64,000 bases of DNA from NCBI RefSeq assembly GCF_006345805.1, contig NC_043000.1, positions 138,260,001 to 138,324,000 on the forward strand, given 5' to 3'. How positions within the stretch are numbered: position 1 is the first letter of the stretch; each line of letters opens with the position of its first letter. Under the pieces are notes generated by a model. The model worked only from the letters and a program-made list of their open reading frames with translations, was not told the origin of the DNA and ran no database searches. The translations under genes and the position numbers were made by a program. Source of the DNA: Octopus sinensis (taxonomy: Eukaryota). Below are positions 12,136 to 24,870 of the stretch, in pieces.

Positions 12136-12720
12136 TTTAGTATCAAGCTGCATTTGAATAATAATAATGGATTGTAGAATTGTATTATATTTTATCTGAA
12201 ACATATTTTTAGTGCTCAGTTCATGAAAGGTAAAAGTTGATTTCGAATTCATAGCAGTAAAATTCCCGATGAGCGAAAATGAATATAAATAGTTAAAAAC
12301 AAACTTTTAGATATTGCATAACTATATAAAATAATTTTGCTTCATATTCTTTTGAAATATATATGTTTTTTAAAAAGTTAAATATGTATATATTTTGGAA
12401 ATGTAATATAAAATATATTGTTTTGATAAGAAGAGAAAGATAAGAAACTATGATGTAACTACTTCGCATACTTTGCAAAGTGAAGCTATAATTGCATGTA
12501 CATTTTCAAAAGGTATATATTACATCATATTTCAAATGAGCTAGGAATATTGTATAGAGTATTATTAAATATTAAATTAAACATGTCACCAGCAAATGTA
12601 GTGCTATGTAAATCAAGCAAACCAGGTTACATTGTATATTGCCATCATCATTGTCATTGTCGTGGTCGTCATTATGGTCATTGCCACCATGTGCCCCTGA
12701 GCATTGTGGTCATTGCCACT

Positions 12721-12767
12721 GTGGTGCGCCTGAGCACTGTATACAATAATTTCATTATTATTATTAT
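12721..12767 (+). mobile_element. Extreme 3' stub of the CR1-like LINE
   Basis: GTGGTGCGCCTGAGCACTGTATACAATAATTTC(ATT)n, reverse complement of 16215-16259. Confidence 0.7.
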
Positions 12768-12896
12768 CCTCATCATCATCATCATCCTCATTATCATCGT
12801 TGTTGTCGTCATCACTGTCACCACCACAACTAACTCCACCACACCACCACTACCACCACCACCATCACCAACACCAACACCACCACCACTGCTACT

Positions 12897-12927
<31 letters not shown>

Positions 12928-12985
12928 CCAATACCACCACCGCCACCACCACCACCACACCACTACCACCACCATCATCATGATT
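12765..12985. repeat. Compound (CAT)/(CAC)/(CAA) triplet microsatellite
   Basis: Direct reading. Confidence 0.9.
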
Positions 12986-13111
12986 ATTTAATGCCCACTT
13001 TTCATGCTGACAAGGGTTGGATGGTATGACAAGAAGCTGGCAAGTCAGAAGACAGTGCCAAATGTCAACTTTGGCATGGTTTTTATGGCTAGATGTTGTT
13101 CCTAATGCCAA

Positions 13112-13337
13112 CATCATCAGCATCATCATCGTTTAACGTTCGTTTTCCATGCTAGCATGGGTTGGACGGTTCAACTGGGGTCTGGGAAGCCAGAAGGCTG
13201 CGCCAGGCCCAGTCTGATCTGGTAGTGTTTCTACAGCTGGATGCCCTTCCTAACGCCAACCACTCCGTGAGTGTAGTGGGTGCTTTTTACGTGCCACTTG
13301 CACAGATGCCAGACGAGGCTGGCAAATGGCCATGATC
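13112..13337 (-). mobile_element. RTE-like 3' end (family C)
   Basis: Family C consensus with (CAT)n tail. Confidence 0.8.
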
Positions 13338-14133
13338 ATGGACATATAAAAGTCTGTCATGTAGTCATAGAATTTAATATAGCAGATCTATGTTTAAGGA
13401 ATAGCTACTGTATAGCATTTTCTGGTACTATTAATCTAAGTCCACATTATCCAACAAAATCTTAGATATTATAATTTTTATGATATTTGACTTTGTATAA
13501 AGGGGAATTCAACTACTATTTCTAGCATTTTACAGCAAGAGTAAAATTCTATAGTTATCAACATGGGCCTCCCATACATTACATTTCAAATTATTCAAAA
13601 TACTCTGAATTACATTATTAAATAATTGAATTGAATTAATATTGATGTCTTTTTGTATTCAAAAGCACAATGTTTGATTTGAATACATATATATGTGTGT
13701 GTGTGTATGTGTGTGTGCGTGTGTGTGTGTGTATTCTTCGCAAAATTCTTTACTTCTTTAATTCTTTAAATCTTTTAAAAGTCAAAATGAAAACATACAT
13801 TTAAAATATATCTTTCTCAAATTATTCCCATTTGAACTTTAAGTTGAAATTTCTGAGCAATTTGATATTATTCATTACACTGCAGATCAAAATTTGCTGC
13901 TGACTAACTTAATATGTTGTCAGTAACCTAAGCAATGATTTGACCTTTTGTATGCCATTACCACTTTATAATGTGTCCACGGCCAATAAATTTTCTTTCA
14001 CTTGACCAGCCTACCTAACTTGTAAATAAATTCCATGTGGGTGTACAGCATATTGCTATAACCAGTGATTGTATTATACAATTGACAAATGATTCATTGA
14101 TTTTTCTCCTTTGAGTTTAAATCTCATCCACAT

Positions 14134-14393
14134 AATCATCATCATCATTGTTTAACGTCCGTTTTCCATGCTAGCATGGGTTGGACGGTTCGACCGGGGT
14201 CTGGGAAGCCAGGAGGCTGCATCAGGCTCCAGTCTGATCTGGCAGTGTTTCTACAGCTGGATGCCCTTCCTAACACCAACCACTCTGTGAGTGTAGTGGG
14301 TGCTTTTTACATGCCACCGGCAACAGATCCCAGTCAAGGTGGCGCTGGCATCGGCCATGTTTGGATGGTGCTTTTTACGTGCCACCGGCACAG
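14134..14393 (-). mobile_element. RTE-like 3' end (family C)
   Basis: Family C consensus with (CAT)n tail. Confidence 0.8.
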
Positions 14394-15119
14394 AGTGATG
14401 ATAATTATAATAAGGATGATGATGGTGATAATAATCCTTTCTATTATAGGCACAAGTCCAGCAATTTTGGGGGAGAGAATAAGTTGATTACAACGACCCC
14501 ACTTATTTTATTGACCCCCAAAAGGATGAAATGCGATGTTGACTTCAGCAGAAATTTGACCTCAGAATGTAAAGATGGATGAAATATCAGTAAGCATTTT
14601 TTCCAGTATCCTAACTGTTCTGCCAGCTTACTGTCTTAATAATAATAATGAGCATAATAATGAGTTTTTTTATTTGTCACTAGAGCATGAGATGAAGGGG
14701 GTTTAATGAAAATAGGTTGCATAAGGTGTGGGGTTTTATATACGATCATATGAAGGAAAAAGATTGTATGTGATAAAAGGTGTACATGGAGGATAATTTT
14801 CCTGATACAAGAAGACCTCAAGGCCAATCAGAGAGCACCACAGATCCAAGATAACAGTAGCCACCAAAAGCAAATGCCTTCTTACTGTTGTTCAACCTAC
14901 AGGTGCTTGCCAAGTCTAGTTCTATACTCTCTCAACATTTTAGCCATAATAACACACCATTATAGAAGAGTGATTCTTTTAACAGCTTTACTTATCTTCC
15001 TAAGCAGAACTTTAAACTGTCACTGAGGATTTGACTGAATAGGAAAGTGCCTGTCTTTAGCCTTTAGAAGATTGTTTATCATGCAACTTCTTTTATGACA
15101 GCCACCAAATTAAGGAAAT

Positions 15120-15420
15120 ATGCATGCTCTGAAATTAAACTAGGGTAGGATTGTTCTTCCCATTAGACTTAGATGATGGCCTGGACACTGAATAAGTGCA
15201 TGCAAAATGGTTTTATCACTCTACCCGATCTTGTACAACCTTGTCTGAAGGCTGTTCTGTTGAGTTTCATTCAAACCTATAGTGTTTGGCCCGAAAAGCT
15301 TCTGAAAGAGAGAAGCCAGTTTATTCTCGTTGACATCTGGAAGTTTCTTCAGATTATATTTGTCTGACTGATTCAGGCTGGTGATTGCCTGACAATATTC
15401 CATAATTTACTCTACATCGG
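15120..15420 (-). mobile_element. Possible Tx1/L1-like LINE ORF2 C-terminal remnant
   Basis: CTRSG*SDKTILHALIQCP resembles the CxxC..ETxxHALxxCP knuckle; heavily decayed. Confidence 0.4.
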
Positions 15421-16203
15421 TTTTCCTTGATCCAAAGCTGCATGACTTGACTCTCAAAGAGATGGGCGGCAGTATGATATGCCACACGAACCAAAACTCC
15501 AGCACTGTCTAGGAATCTCTGTAGGTAGTGCAGCTACAATGTGTCCGACACTGCCTACAGGCTTAGTGTAGTAGATAAAGGTGCAGTGCATTCACTTAGA
15601 GATTCTGAGTTCAGCTGCAGGCAAGGGACTAAGATGAATCATAAGACACCTAAATAAGGTTGGAACCTACACAGTCAAATCATAATAAAAGCAAAAACCA
15701 AGATGAGGACACCTTTCCAGCTAATGATAATTAAATGTTACAATTTTTCAATGTCCTGAGATGGTTAAAACAATTCTTCCAAATGTAATTGCTTCAGTTT
15801 CAATAAACCGTCTCAGATTAAGTGGCTTACCAAACAAGTATTGTCCCATCCATCTGTCCATTTTCTCTGCCAGCTATTCCAGGAAGGGTCATAGAGGTAG
15901 AGTCCTCAGCTGTCATTAAATTTTCTGGCTGGAATTCCAAGCTTGACCACTGAAACTAGAGATATTATCCAAACATCTCACTCAGGAAATAGATTACAAA
16001 GGCAGCTGGTAATAGCCATTGCTATACATCATATATATTCTTGGATTGCTCAAGACAGGTGGGGTAGAACCGTACAACAACAAAGGGCTTCTATTTAAGA
16101 TTGGAAAGTGAAGTATATTTATCATCTTCAGTTTTGTTCACAGTGAAAGAGTGCTGCATAAAGTAATGAAATTTACTTGAAATTTAATCAGCCATTTTAT
16201 TAC

Positions 16204-16566
16204 GTTATAATAATAATAATAATAATGAAATTATTGTATACAGTGCTCAGGTGCACCACAACTTGTCAGAAAGTGCATATAAAGTACATGCAGTAATGTA
16301 AAAATGTCTGAAAAGCGAACAATGTATGAGTCAGATACATGCCTGTGTGTGTATGGAGGGGAGAAAATCAGGTGTAATGTTGGCGAATCTCAGAAAGCAT
16401 GTAAGTTTTGAAGGATGCAGTGCTCCGACAACTAACAACTGATGCCGGCAGTTTGTTCCATGCTTCAGCAACTCTCAGCGTGAAAAAATGTTTCCTGAAG
16501 TCATGGGAGCTGTGCTGTTTTCTGACTTTGTAAATATGTCCACGGGTGTTAGATGGGTGGAGTTTT
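16204..16566 (-). mobile_element. CR1-like LINE 3' end with (ATT)n tail
   Basis: TRGHIYKVRKQHSSHDFRKHFFTLRVAEAWNKLPASVVSCRSTASFK, typical CR1/L2 ORF2 terminus. Confidence 0.85.
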
Positions 16567-18258
16567 AGAATTTCATTATTTTTGTTAACTATTATATTAT
16601 TCATAGCATTATTCATTACAGATTAACTATAGTGATTTTACTCATTCTATAAATAGCCAAAATCAAGTTACAAGTAACTGAAATGCTTCTGAATGTTTTT
16701 TTTTATATTTGCTCAGCCAAAACACATTTATGTATTGTGTATGATGGATACTGAAAACTGACTTGGATATGGACATAAATGAGTGTTTTGTCCCAGTGTT
16801 TTAAAAACCATAAAGGTCTGTACATTAGACACTTTAATTTCTGTAGGTATTAAGAATGAAAATATTGCAAGATTATCACTGAGTGCATAAGCAGGAGAAA
16901 AAAATAGGAAAATTCTGTGTAATTAATTTAGGCTTCAGAAACTTACATCTTTCAAATGATATTTGTTACAGAGAAATGCATGGAAATATGCTTATGAAGT
17001 GATCCATTCAATCTCCTTCATTCTGCTTTGAGAAGAGTAGTTTAGATGTAGGATGATTGATAACTAAATATAGAAACATATTACAAGATAGATATGTTAA
17101 GAAAATTAAGTAGGAAAAAGATTGGTAGCTGTATGTCATACCGACAGAAAATTCAGTTAAGGAGTTTAATATGCTGTCAGTATTAACTGGTGAAAAGAAT
17201 CATAGAAATTGGTAACTGGATGTATAAACAGAAATGTAGGGTTAGAGAATATGGAGAGGAAGATAGACGGAAATAACATGAGATGTGTAAGAAGATAACT
17301 AAGAAAATAAAAGGCTTGTAAACAATCGTCTTTGCTGATGGCAAATATAGGGGTTTTAACTATCTCTATTGATTCATATATATCGGTAGAAGAGTTTGGC
17401 TAATGAGAAAATAAAGCAGCAAAGTGAAATGATCTAAATATGGAATTCTGCAATGGAATTGTGACAAAAGAATGAAGCTGAAATTAGAGGCAACAGCATG
17501 AATTAATCTGACCATTACAAAATGGAATATAGATAGTAAAACACAGCATACCAGTTGAAGTTATGTCTTTAGGTGTAAGTGCTTGGGGGGCTAAGGTTAA
17601 AATGGACAAGGTACCTTAATAATTATTGGTCAATTACGTTTCATAAAAAGGCTCATGCAAGTAAGATTATGATGGTGCTGCTGGGGTGGGTGTTGAAGCA
17701 AAGTGGAAATTTGTTAAAAACAGATTCAATTAATGCAAGGGATATTTTTGGATTAAACATAAAGAGAAGCAATAATAAAATTGATTTTGTATGTTAAAGG
17801 ATATGGGAACATTCTAGAGAGATTATTTATAATGGAGAGAAGATAAACATTCTCGTAGGTACTGATGATGGTGAACTGTTAACTTGATCAAATATTTTGT
17901 GTCTGAAACTTGCTTTTCTTTTCCTTGTTATCCATATTCTACACATCACCAATAATTTTGCTACTATTCTCACTGTTATCCAACAGGTCACTATTACTAT
18001 CGTTATTATTGTAGATATTACTTCCTACATTATATTCACCTTCAGTTTCTTTATGCTTTGATGAGATGCTTCTACTGTCTGTAGCCCCACCAGTTTACAT
18101 ACATTCCAGTATTCTTGCATCATTTTCATGGGTTTACTTTACTGATTGTTTTATCATGTCAACAACGCAGAAAAATCAGTGATACTATTGGTGCTTGCTG
18201 CATGCAAATGAGCATGACTTCATATTGCATAACTACTTGAAACATTTCTAACTGGGTA

Positions 18259-18418
18259 CATCATCATCATCGTTTAACGTCCGTTTTCCATGCTAGCATG
18301 GGTTGGACAGTTCGACCAGGGTCTGGGAAGCCAGGAGGCTGCACCAGGCTCCAGTCTGATCAGGCAGTGTTTCTACAGCTGGATGCCCTTCCTAATGCCA
18401 ACCACTCCGTGAATGTAG
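18259..18418 (-). mobile_element. RTE-like 3' end (family C), short, adjacent to tRNA-Lys
   Basis: Family C consensus; 5' truncation point 11 nt from the tRNA 3' end. Confidence 0.8.
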
Positions 18419-18429
18419 AAAGCACATTG

Positions 18430-18502
18430 CACCCAACGTGGGGCTCGAACCCACGACCCCAAGATTAAGAGTCTCATGCTCTACCGACTGAGCTAGCCAG
18501 GC
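18430..18502 (-). tRNA. tRNA-Lys(CTT), possibly a pseudogene
   Basis: GCCTGGCTAGCTCAGTCGGTAGAGCATGAGACTCTTAATCTTGGGGTCGTGGGTTCGAGCCCCACGTTGGGTG (73 nt); intact A/B boxes; extra G-U pairs in acceptor and anticodon stems relative to the conserved animal tRNA-Lys(CTT). Confidence 0.85.
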
Positions 18503-18951
18503 TACCTCTTCAGTCATAACAATACAGTGTGCTAAGTGTTATTTCAATGGATATACAGCATATATTGTTGTCATCTTGATCATCATCACATCAACCACCA
18601 CACTATCATCGTCATCATAGCCGTCGTCATCGTCATCGTCGTCGTCATCATCATCATCATCATTGTCATCATCAAACATTTATTTTCTCCAAAGCAAGCT
18701 TCAGTACAATATGTTTATCATACTGCATATGATTACAGTCTTTCATAATCTCAGTTTTGAGATTTAACTTCACCATTCTTGTCCATGTTTACCTCAAATT
18801 TTTTCCCTTGAGCATACAAGCTCCAAAAAACAACAGATTATTAAACATACTAAATTACTTTCTAAATCAAAGACACCTGTAATTGCAAAGTTTAAAATCA
18901 CTATTCACATTTGGTGATTCAAAATTAATTGTGAGAGAAAAAATTTATGTT

Positions 18952-19333
18952 ATAGGCACAGGAGTGGCTGTATGGTAAGTAGCTTGCTTACCAACTACAT
19001 GGTTCTGGGTTCAGTCCTACTGTGTGGCACCTTGGGCAAGTGTCTTCTATTATAGCTTTGGGCCGACCAAAGCCTTGTGAGTGGATTTGGTAGACGGAAA
19101 CTGAAAGAAGCCCATCGTATATATGTATATATGTGTGTTTGTGTTTGTCCCCCAAACATCGCTTGACCACCGATGCTGGTGTATTTATGTCCCGGTAACT
19201 TAGCGGTTCAGCAAAAGAGACTGATAGAATAAGTACTAGGCTTACAAAGAATAAGTCCTGGGGCCAATTTGCTCGACTAAAGGCAGTGCTGCAGCATGGC
19301 ATCTGTCTAATGACTGAAACAAGTAAAAGAGTA
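18952..19333 (+). mobile_element. SINE family A, full length
   Basis: Family A consensus. Confidence 0.85.
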
Positions 19334-19759
19334 AGGCTTTCTGAAATGATATGATAGTTTGAGAGAAGATGCAGAAAAATTTATTGAAGATATTTCATCA
19401 TTTTTGCAAATTTAGTCAATCCAAACAGTCAATTGAAGTTCCACATCTACTTTAACTGCAGCACTGACATCTTGGGTGTCTTCAGTGGAGTCTACTTCTT
19501 TTGCAAGCATTCAGGCTAAGTCTTTGGTTTGAGGATATCTTTCACCAGTCTCAGAGGGCCTGTGTTAGGTTATGGGCATTGTTTTACTTCCTGTCTAATA
19601 TCTATATAAGAATTTTTTGCATAATGAGATAAAAAACCAATGCTGTGTAGATATTAGGACATTTATCGATATAAGGTTTTACAGCTGTTTCCAGGATATT
19701 TATGAAGTATATCCCTTTATCGGAGATGGTGTAAGAAGATGGTTAAGTAATATATATAT

Positions 19760-19825
19760 ATATACAGGGTGTTTCAAAATATTTGATATTATTTACAATG
19801 TAAATATCACAGAAACTACGTAGTC
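19760..19825 (+). mobile_element. Possible Tc1/mariner terminal fragment
   Basis: TA-CAGGGTGTTTCAAAA start; no partner end found. Confidence 0.35.
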
Positions 19826-20563
19826 AAAGCAAATGAAACTAAACAAGGTAAGTCAGAAAATTATTCCAGTCAAAGGTGAATTCCAAAAATCTTATTGAAG
19901 CAATAAATTCAAAAGCAGTACCCTTAATCAGATATGGAGATGTAATTATAGACTGGACCAGAAATGATATAAAGGAACTTGACAGAAAAAAACTAAAAAG
20001 TTTTTGATGATGTATGGAGCCCACCATCCAAAAGCTGATATTACCCAGCTGTACTTGAGGAGAGACCAGGGTGGAAGAGGCATAATAGCAGTAGAAGAAT
20101 GTGTACAAATGGAAAGAAAAGGTCTAGTAGAGTGTTTACAGAGCAGCACAGAAATACTACTAAAGGCAGTAAATAAAGAACAAGGGATCAAGCACGTAAC
20201 AGAAGAAAAGGGCACTAATGAAATACAAAGAGGGCATGTTAGTCAGATCGAAAAGAAATCTCCGCCTGGCCAATTTTGCAGAGCCACTGAAGACATAAGT
20301 GGGACAAAAACCTGGGCTTGGTTAAAAAAGTGGCAATTAAAAAAAAGAAACAGAGAGCCTTATTGTAACAGCCCGAGATCAAGGGATTAAAACAAACAAC
20401 TTGAGATAAAATGCATATAGAGAGAATGTGTCAGAAAAACGTAGAGCCTGTGGAACGTGGAATGAGACAGTGGCACACAATGCGACAGAATGCCCCTAGT
20501 TGGCACAGGGAGAATAGAAATGGAGGCATGACCAGGTTATGAATATTTTACCTTGGAAACTGT

Positions 20564-20957
20564 TGAGGCAAGTGAAAATCCAAATCAAAATTGAAATCGA
20601 TCAACATCAATAGAAATTGCAGCTGTGATACCAGTGCCGGTGGTACATAAGAGAACCATCCGACGGTGGCCGTTGCCAGTGCCGCCCCGACTGGCCTCAT
20701 GCTGGTGGCATGTAAAAAGCACCAACTAATCGTGGCCATTTGCCAGCCTCGTCTGGCACCTGTGCTGGTGGCACGTAAAAAGCTCCCACTACACTCATGG
20801 CGTGGTTGGCGTTAGGAAGGGCATCCTGCTGTAGAAACATTGCCAGATCAGACTGGGCCTGGTGCAGCCTTCTGGCTTCTCAGACCCCAGTTAAACCGTC
20901 CAACCCATGCCAGCATGGAAAGCGGACGTTAAACGATGATGATGATGATGATGATGA
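20564..20957 (+). mobile_element. RTE-like 3' end (family C) with 10-bp TSD TGGAAACTGT
   Basis: TSD at 20554-20563 and 20958-20967; (GAT)n tail. Confidence 0.9.
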
Positions 20958-21307
20958 TGGAAACTGTGCTAGAAATGAGGATTTGAAGCTGGAAACACAT
21001 AATACAATCATCAGGTCAAAAGAGTACAAAAGTCAGAGAAATGTAAGATATTGTGGGACTTCTCTCTTCAAATGGATAAAAAGTTAGAAAATAATAAACC
21101 AGATATTACAATAATAGATAAAGAAAAATGAAGTTGCTTACTAATCAACCCATCATGCTTGTTTGATTCCAGGATTGTAAAGAAAGAGGAAGAAAAACAT
21201 AGAAAATACAATCCTTTAGATTTTGAAATAGGAAGAATTTTCAAAGAGTAAAGGTCGTGCCTATAATAATTGGTGTGTCGGGAACAGTACACAAAGACAT
21301 TGACAAA

Positions 21308-21668
21308 TCATCATCATCATCATCATCATCGTTTAACGTCTGCTTTCCATGCTGGCATGGGTTGGACGGTTCAACTGGGGTCTGTGAAGCCAGAAGGCTG
21401 CATCAGGCCCAGTCTGATCTGGCAGTGTTTCTATGGCTGGATGCCCTTCCTAATGCCAACCACTCCGTGAGTGTAGTGGGTGCTTTTTACGTGCCACCTG
21501 CACAGGTGCTAGACAGAGCTGGCAAACGGCCACAGGCGGATGGTGCTTTTTACGTGCCACCAGCACGGGGGCCAGGCAAGGCTGGCAATGGCCACGAACG
21601 GATGGTGCTATGTGCCACCGGCACGGGGGCCAGGTGAGGCTGGCAACGGCCATGAACGGATGGTGCTT
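21308..21668 (-). mobile_element. RTE-like 3' end (family C) nested in the R4-like endonuclease
   Basis: Family C consensus; LINE reading frame resumes on the other side. Confidence 0.85.
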
Positions 21669-21780
21669 AAATTGGAATAGAATGCCCTGTAGAGCTCCTA
21701 CAGAAAGTTTGCCTCTTAATCAAGGATTATCAGGTGGGTTCTACACAGCTGAAATACTGTTGAAAACGTGGATACCTAAG

Positions 21781-22148
21781 GTTACGTCTGCTGCTATATT
21801 CTGAGTTCAAATTCCGCCGAGGTCGACTTTGCCTTTCATCCTTTCAGGGTCAAGTAAATAAGTACCAGTTACGCACTGGGGTAGATATAATCGACGTAAT
21901 CTGTTTTTCTGTCTTTGTTTGTCCTCTCTGTGTTTAGCCCTTTGTGGGTAGTAAAGAAATAGGTATTTAGTCTGCTGCTACGTTCTGAGTTCAAATTCCG
22001 CCGAGGTTGGCTTTGCCTTTCATCCTTTCAGGGTCAATTAAATAAGTACCAGTTATGCACTGGGGTCGATATAATCGACTTAATCCGTCTGTCTGTCCTT
22101 GTTTGCCCTCTCTGTGTTTAGCCCCTTGTGGGTAGTAAAGAAATAGGT
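21781..22148 (+). mobile_element. SINE family B, head-to-tail dimer
   Basis: Two ~184-bp units with B box GAGTTCAAATTCC and GCCTTTCATCCTTTCAGGGTC block. Confidence 0.85.
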
Positions 22149-22239
22149 AGTAACCCACTACCACATAAATCCTACCATGAATAAGACCAATCTTGAGCTT
22201 TGTTTCTATAAGGATAATACAAAAAATTCTATGAGAGTG

Positions 22240-22490
22240 ATGAGATGAGGAAAGCACGGATGCCAAGTGGGGAAATGATGAAAGCAATTGAACCTGAATC
22301 CAAATATATACACCTGGTAATACTTGAGGCAGATGGAATTAAACACAACAATATGAAAGAAAAGACAAAGAAAGGGTGCTTGTGGCAAATGAGAAAAATA
22401 TTGATTTCAAAGCTGAATGCTAGAAACATAATTTCTGCAATAAACCCATGCACAGTCGCAGTAGTTCAGTATGGTGCATGAATTCTGAAG
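22240..22490 (+). mobile_element. Second R4/Dong-like RT fragment
   Basis: MPSGEMMKAIE..YIHLVILEADGIKHNNMKEK..RKILISKLNARNIISAIN..VAVVQYGA. Confidence 0.75.
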
Positions 22491-22552
22491 TGGGTCATGA
22501 CTGGTCCCTCTGCAATTTTGAAGACCTTTGGAATAATAAATCTTTTACTTAA

Positions 22553-22771
22553 CCCTTTCCTTACCAACCCGGCTGAAACCGGTTCTGGCTCTGAGTACAA
22601 ATGTTTTGTTTTCATAAGTTCTGAATTAAAATCTTCCACAATAAGAGTCACAATTAATGTTCCTAACACTAGCTTAATGATAATTAAGTTATTTTACTAA
22701 ATTCTTTGTTATATTTAAAACTAATTTAAAGAAACACAGAGCATCTCAAAATAAATACAGTAACAAAAGGG
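22553..22771. mobile_element. piggyBac-type MITE
   Basis: TTAA|CCCTTT....AAAGGG|TTAA termini. Confidence 0.7.
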
Positions 22772-22947
22772 TTAAAGAGCAGGTAAATGTTGATGGCCAA
22801 AACTCCTAACTCAAATTGGTCTCCATCTAACCCAGGCTAGCATGGAAAAGATGATGTTAAAGGAATTAACTATTATAAGTTATTTAGGTAATATTGCCCT
22901 ACCTTCTAACTAGTTGTGTAATGCTGTCTGCACTGGATATATTAATA

Positions 22948-23183
22948 CCTATTTCTTTACTACCCACAAGGGGCTAAACACAGAGGGGATAAACAAGGAC
23001 AGACAAACGGATTAAGTCGATTACATCAACCCCAGTGCGTAACTGGTACTTAATTTATCGACCCCGAAAGGATGAAAGGCAAAGTCGACCTTGGCGGAAT
23101 TTGAAGTCAGAACGCAACAGCAGACGAAATACCGCTACGCATTTCGTCTGGCATGCTAACATTTCTGCCAGCTTGCCGCCTTA
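22948..23183 (-). mobile_element. SINE family B monomer with 19-bp TSD
   Basis: TSD TGCACTGGATATATTAATA at 22929-22947 and 23184-23202. Confidence 0.9.
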
Positions 23184-24689
23184 TGCACTGGATATATTAA
23201 TAATAACTTAACTATTCGTTTTTGGTGCTGTTAAGAATTATCACAACATTGTTATAAAATTAATTGCGCGTGTAAGACTTTAATTTAGAAATAAGAACTT
23301 ACATGCATGGAAAGGAAATAGCTACTACTATATCTTCACTTTACCTTTAAGTAAGAGTAAATTTAATAATAAGTAACCGGAAATTATTATTACCATTCCT
23401 CACTTGTTTAATTTATATAGTTTTTGCTGTAATTGCATAATGTTTTTCTCTAAGATTTAATATCATTATAACCTGGAAAGCAATATATTTAGCAGTAACT
23501 GACTTAATATATATCTTATAGTATTGAAAATATATTTCAAAATGACAATTATTTTGAATAATATGATTACCTTACAGATTTCAACGATTATCATTGAATA
23601 CTTCCATTTTGAAAAGCATGTGATGAACATTAAATAATGCTAGGCAATTAAAAAAGATTTCATCATTAAAAGTAATTTATAATAGCTGCAGTACAGAAAG
23701 AATATAGAAGCTTTTTGAAGTGTTTTGCACATTCACAAAGTTGACTTTGTTGTGTAGAAAAGTGAAATGGCATATAGAATAACATATAAAAATGTTGATT
23801 AATTATAATTGATACCTTTCATCTGAGATAAGAAACACCTGTTTTACATTACTGACAAGAGACAATCACAATATTTAAAACAAAAGCACAAGTTGATAAT
23901 AACCAGATGCATTGTTAGTTAATACTATTTGTGTAAATTATTATTTAACGGGGAAATATTGCTAAAGAACTTGATAGTTAAAATTTTATACTCAGGTATT
24001 CAACTTAATTTCATAAATAAATTAATGAATTATTCTTTTTCTTTCTTTTTGTATGACACATACATGTTCTTTATGTAGAATAAAGAAACAAATTAACTTT
24101 CAATTTGGAAGCCACATTATTCAAATTTTATATTTGGTTAATCTATAATCATGAGAATATTGGGTTTTTTACACCCTTATTTTTCATTAAATATGTTAAC
24201 ATTAACTTAGAGATAATTTTTAATGTATGTCATATTTTAATTATGTATTTTTTTAACCTCTTCTATTTTACTCACTCTAATAAATCTAAAAGCTTGTTCA
24301 TTGACTTCATTATTCATTCATAATTACTCTGACAAGTATATAGAAATTTAAGCTTTGGTGAGAAGGTCAGAATAAGACTGAAACATTTTCAATGATATCT
24401 TATAAATTATATATGTTAACATTTGCTTAAGTGTTATTTTTTATGCAGATGTGATCTGTGGGTTATTTACTTTCAATAATTCTACTTTTACATGTTTACA
24501 AAGAAATTCAGTGATTTTGTTAGCAGTACTTCTAAAAGTATAAAAATATATATTATGCTGATAAGGTCAGAATAAATCTGAAAGGTACCCACACAAGAAA
24601 AATTAATAATCCTTATATGCTTCGTATTTTTAGTTAGCTCTTAAATATTCTATGTATTAATAATATTGATGCTAAGTGGAGTGGAATTT

Positions 24690-24870
24690 TTCCCACAGCT
24701 TTATCGATCGCATTCTCACCTGGAATCGATTTTTGTAATTTTTCCAAGACTTATACACGCCCTGATACCGTCGGTATCTACATATCAAATTTGAGCACAA
24801 TTGGATGGAGGATGCCCAAGATCCTAGAAGCCACACACCCACAGACTGACAGAATGGATTTTATATAACG
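24690..24870 (+). mobile_element. Possible Helitron/HINE-like non-autonomous fragment
   Basis: CATATCAAATTTGAGC..CACACACCCACAGACTGACAGAATGGATTTTATATAACGAT end resembles DINE/HINE termini; weak. Confidence 0.3.

Larger units (their letters stand above)
19855..22215 (+). mobile_element. R4/Dong-like LINE 3' portion interrupted by three younger insertions
   Basis: RKLFQSKVNSKNLIEAINSKAVPLIRYG..MYGAHHPKADITQLYLRRDQGGRG..TWAWLKK; KILWDFSLQMDKKLENNKPDITIIDKEK..VVPIIIGVSGTV; IGIECPVELLQKVCLL..RIIRWVL. Confidence 0.85.

Noticed and set aside
23571-23639. Minus-strand candidate exon HYLMFITCFSKWKYSMIIVEICK
   Set aside because: Splice signals moderate, two competing donors, composition not distinguishable from background
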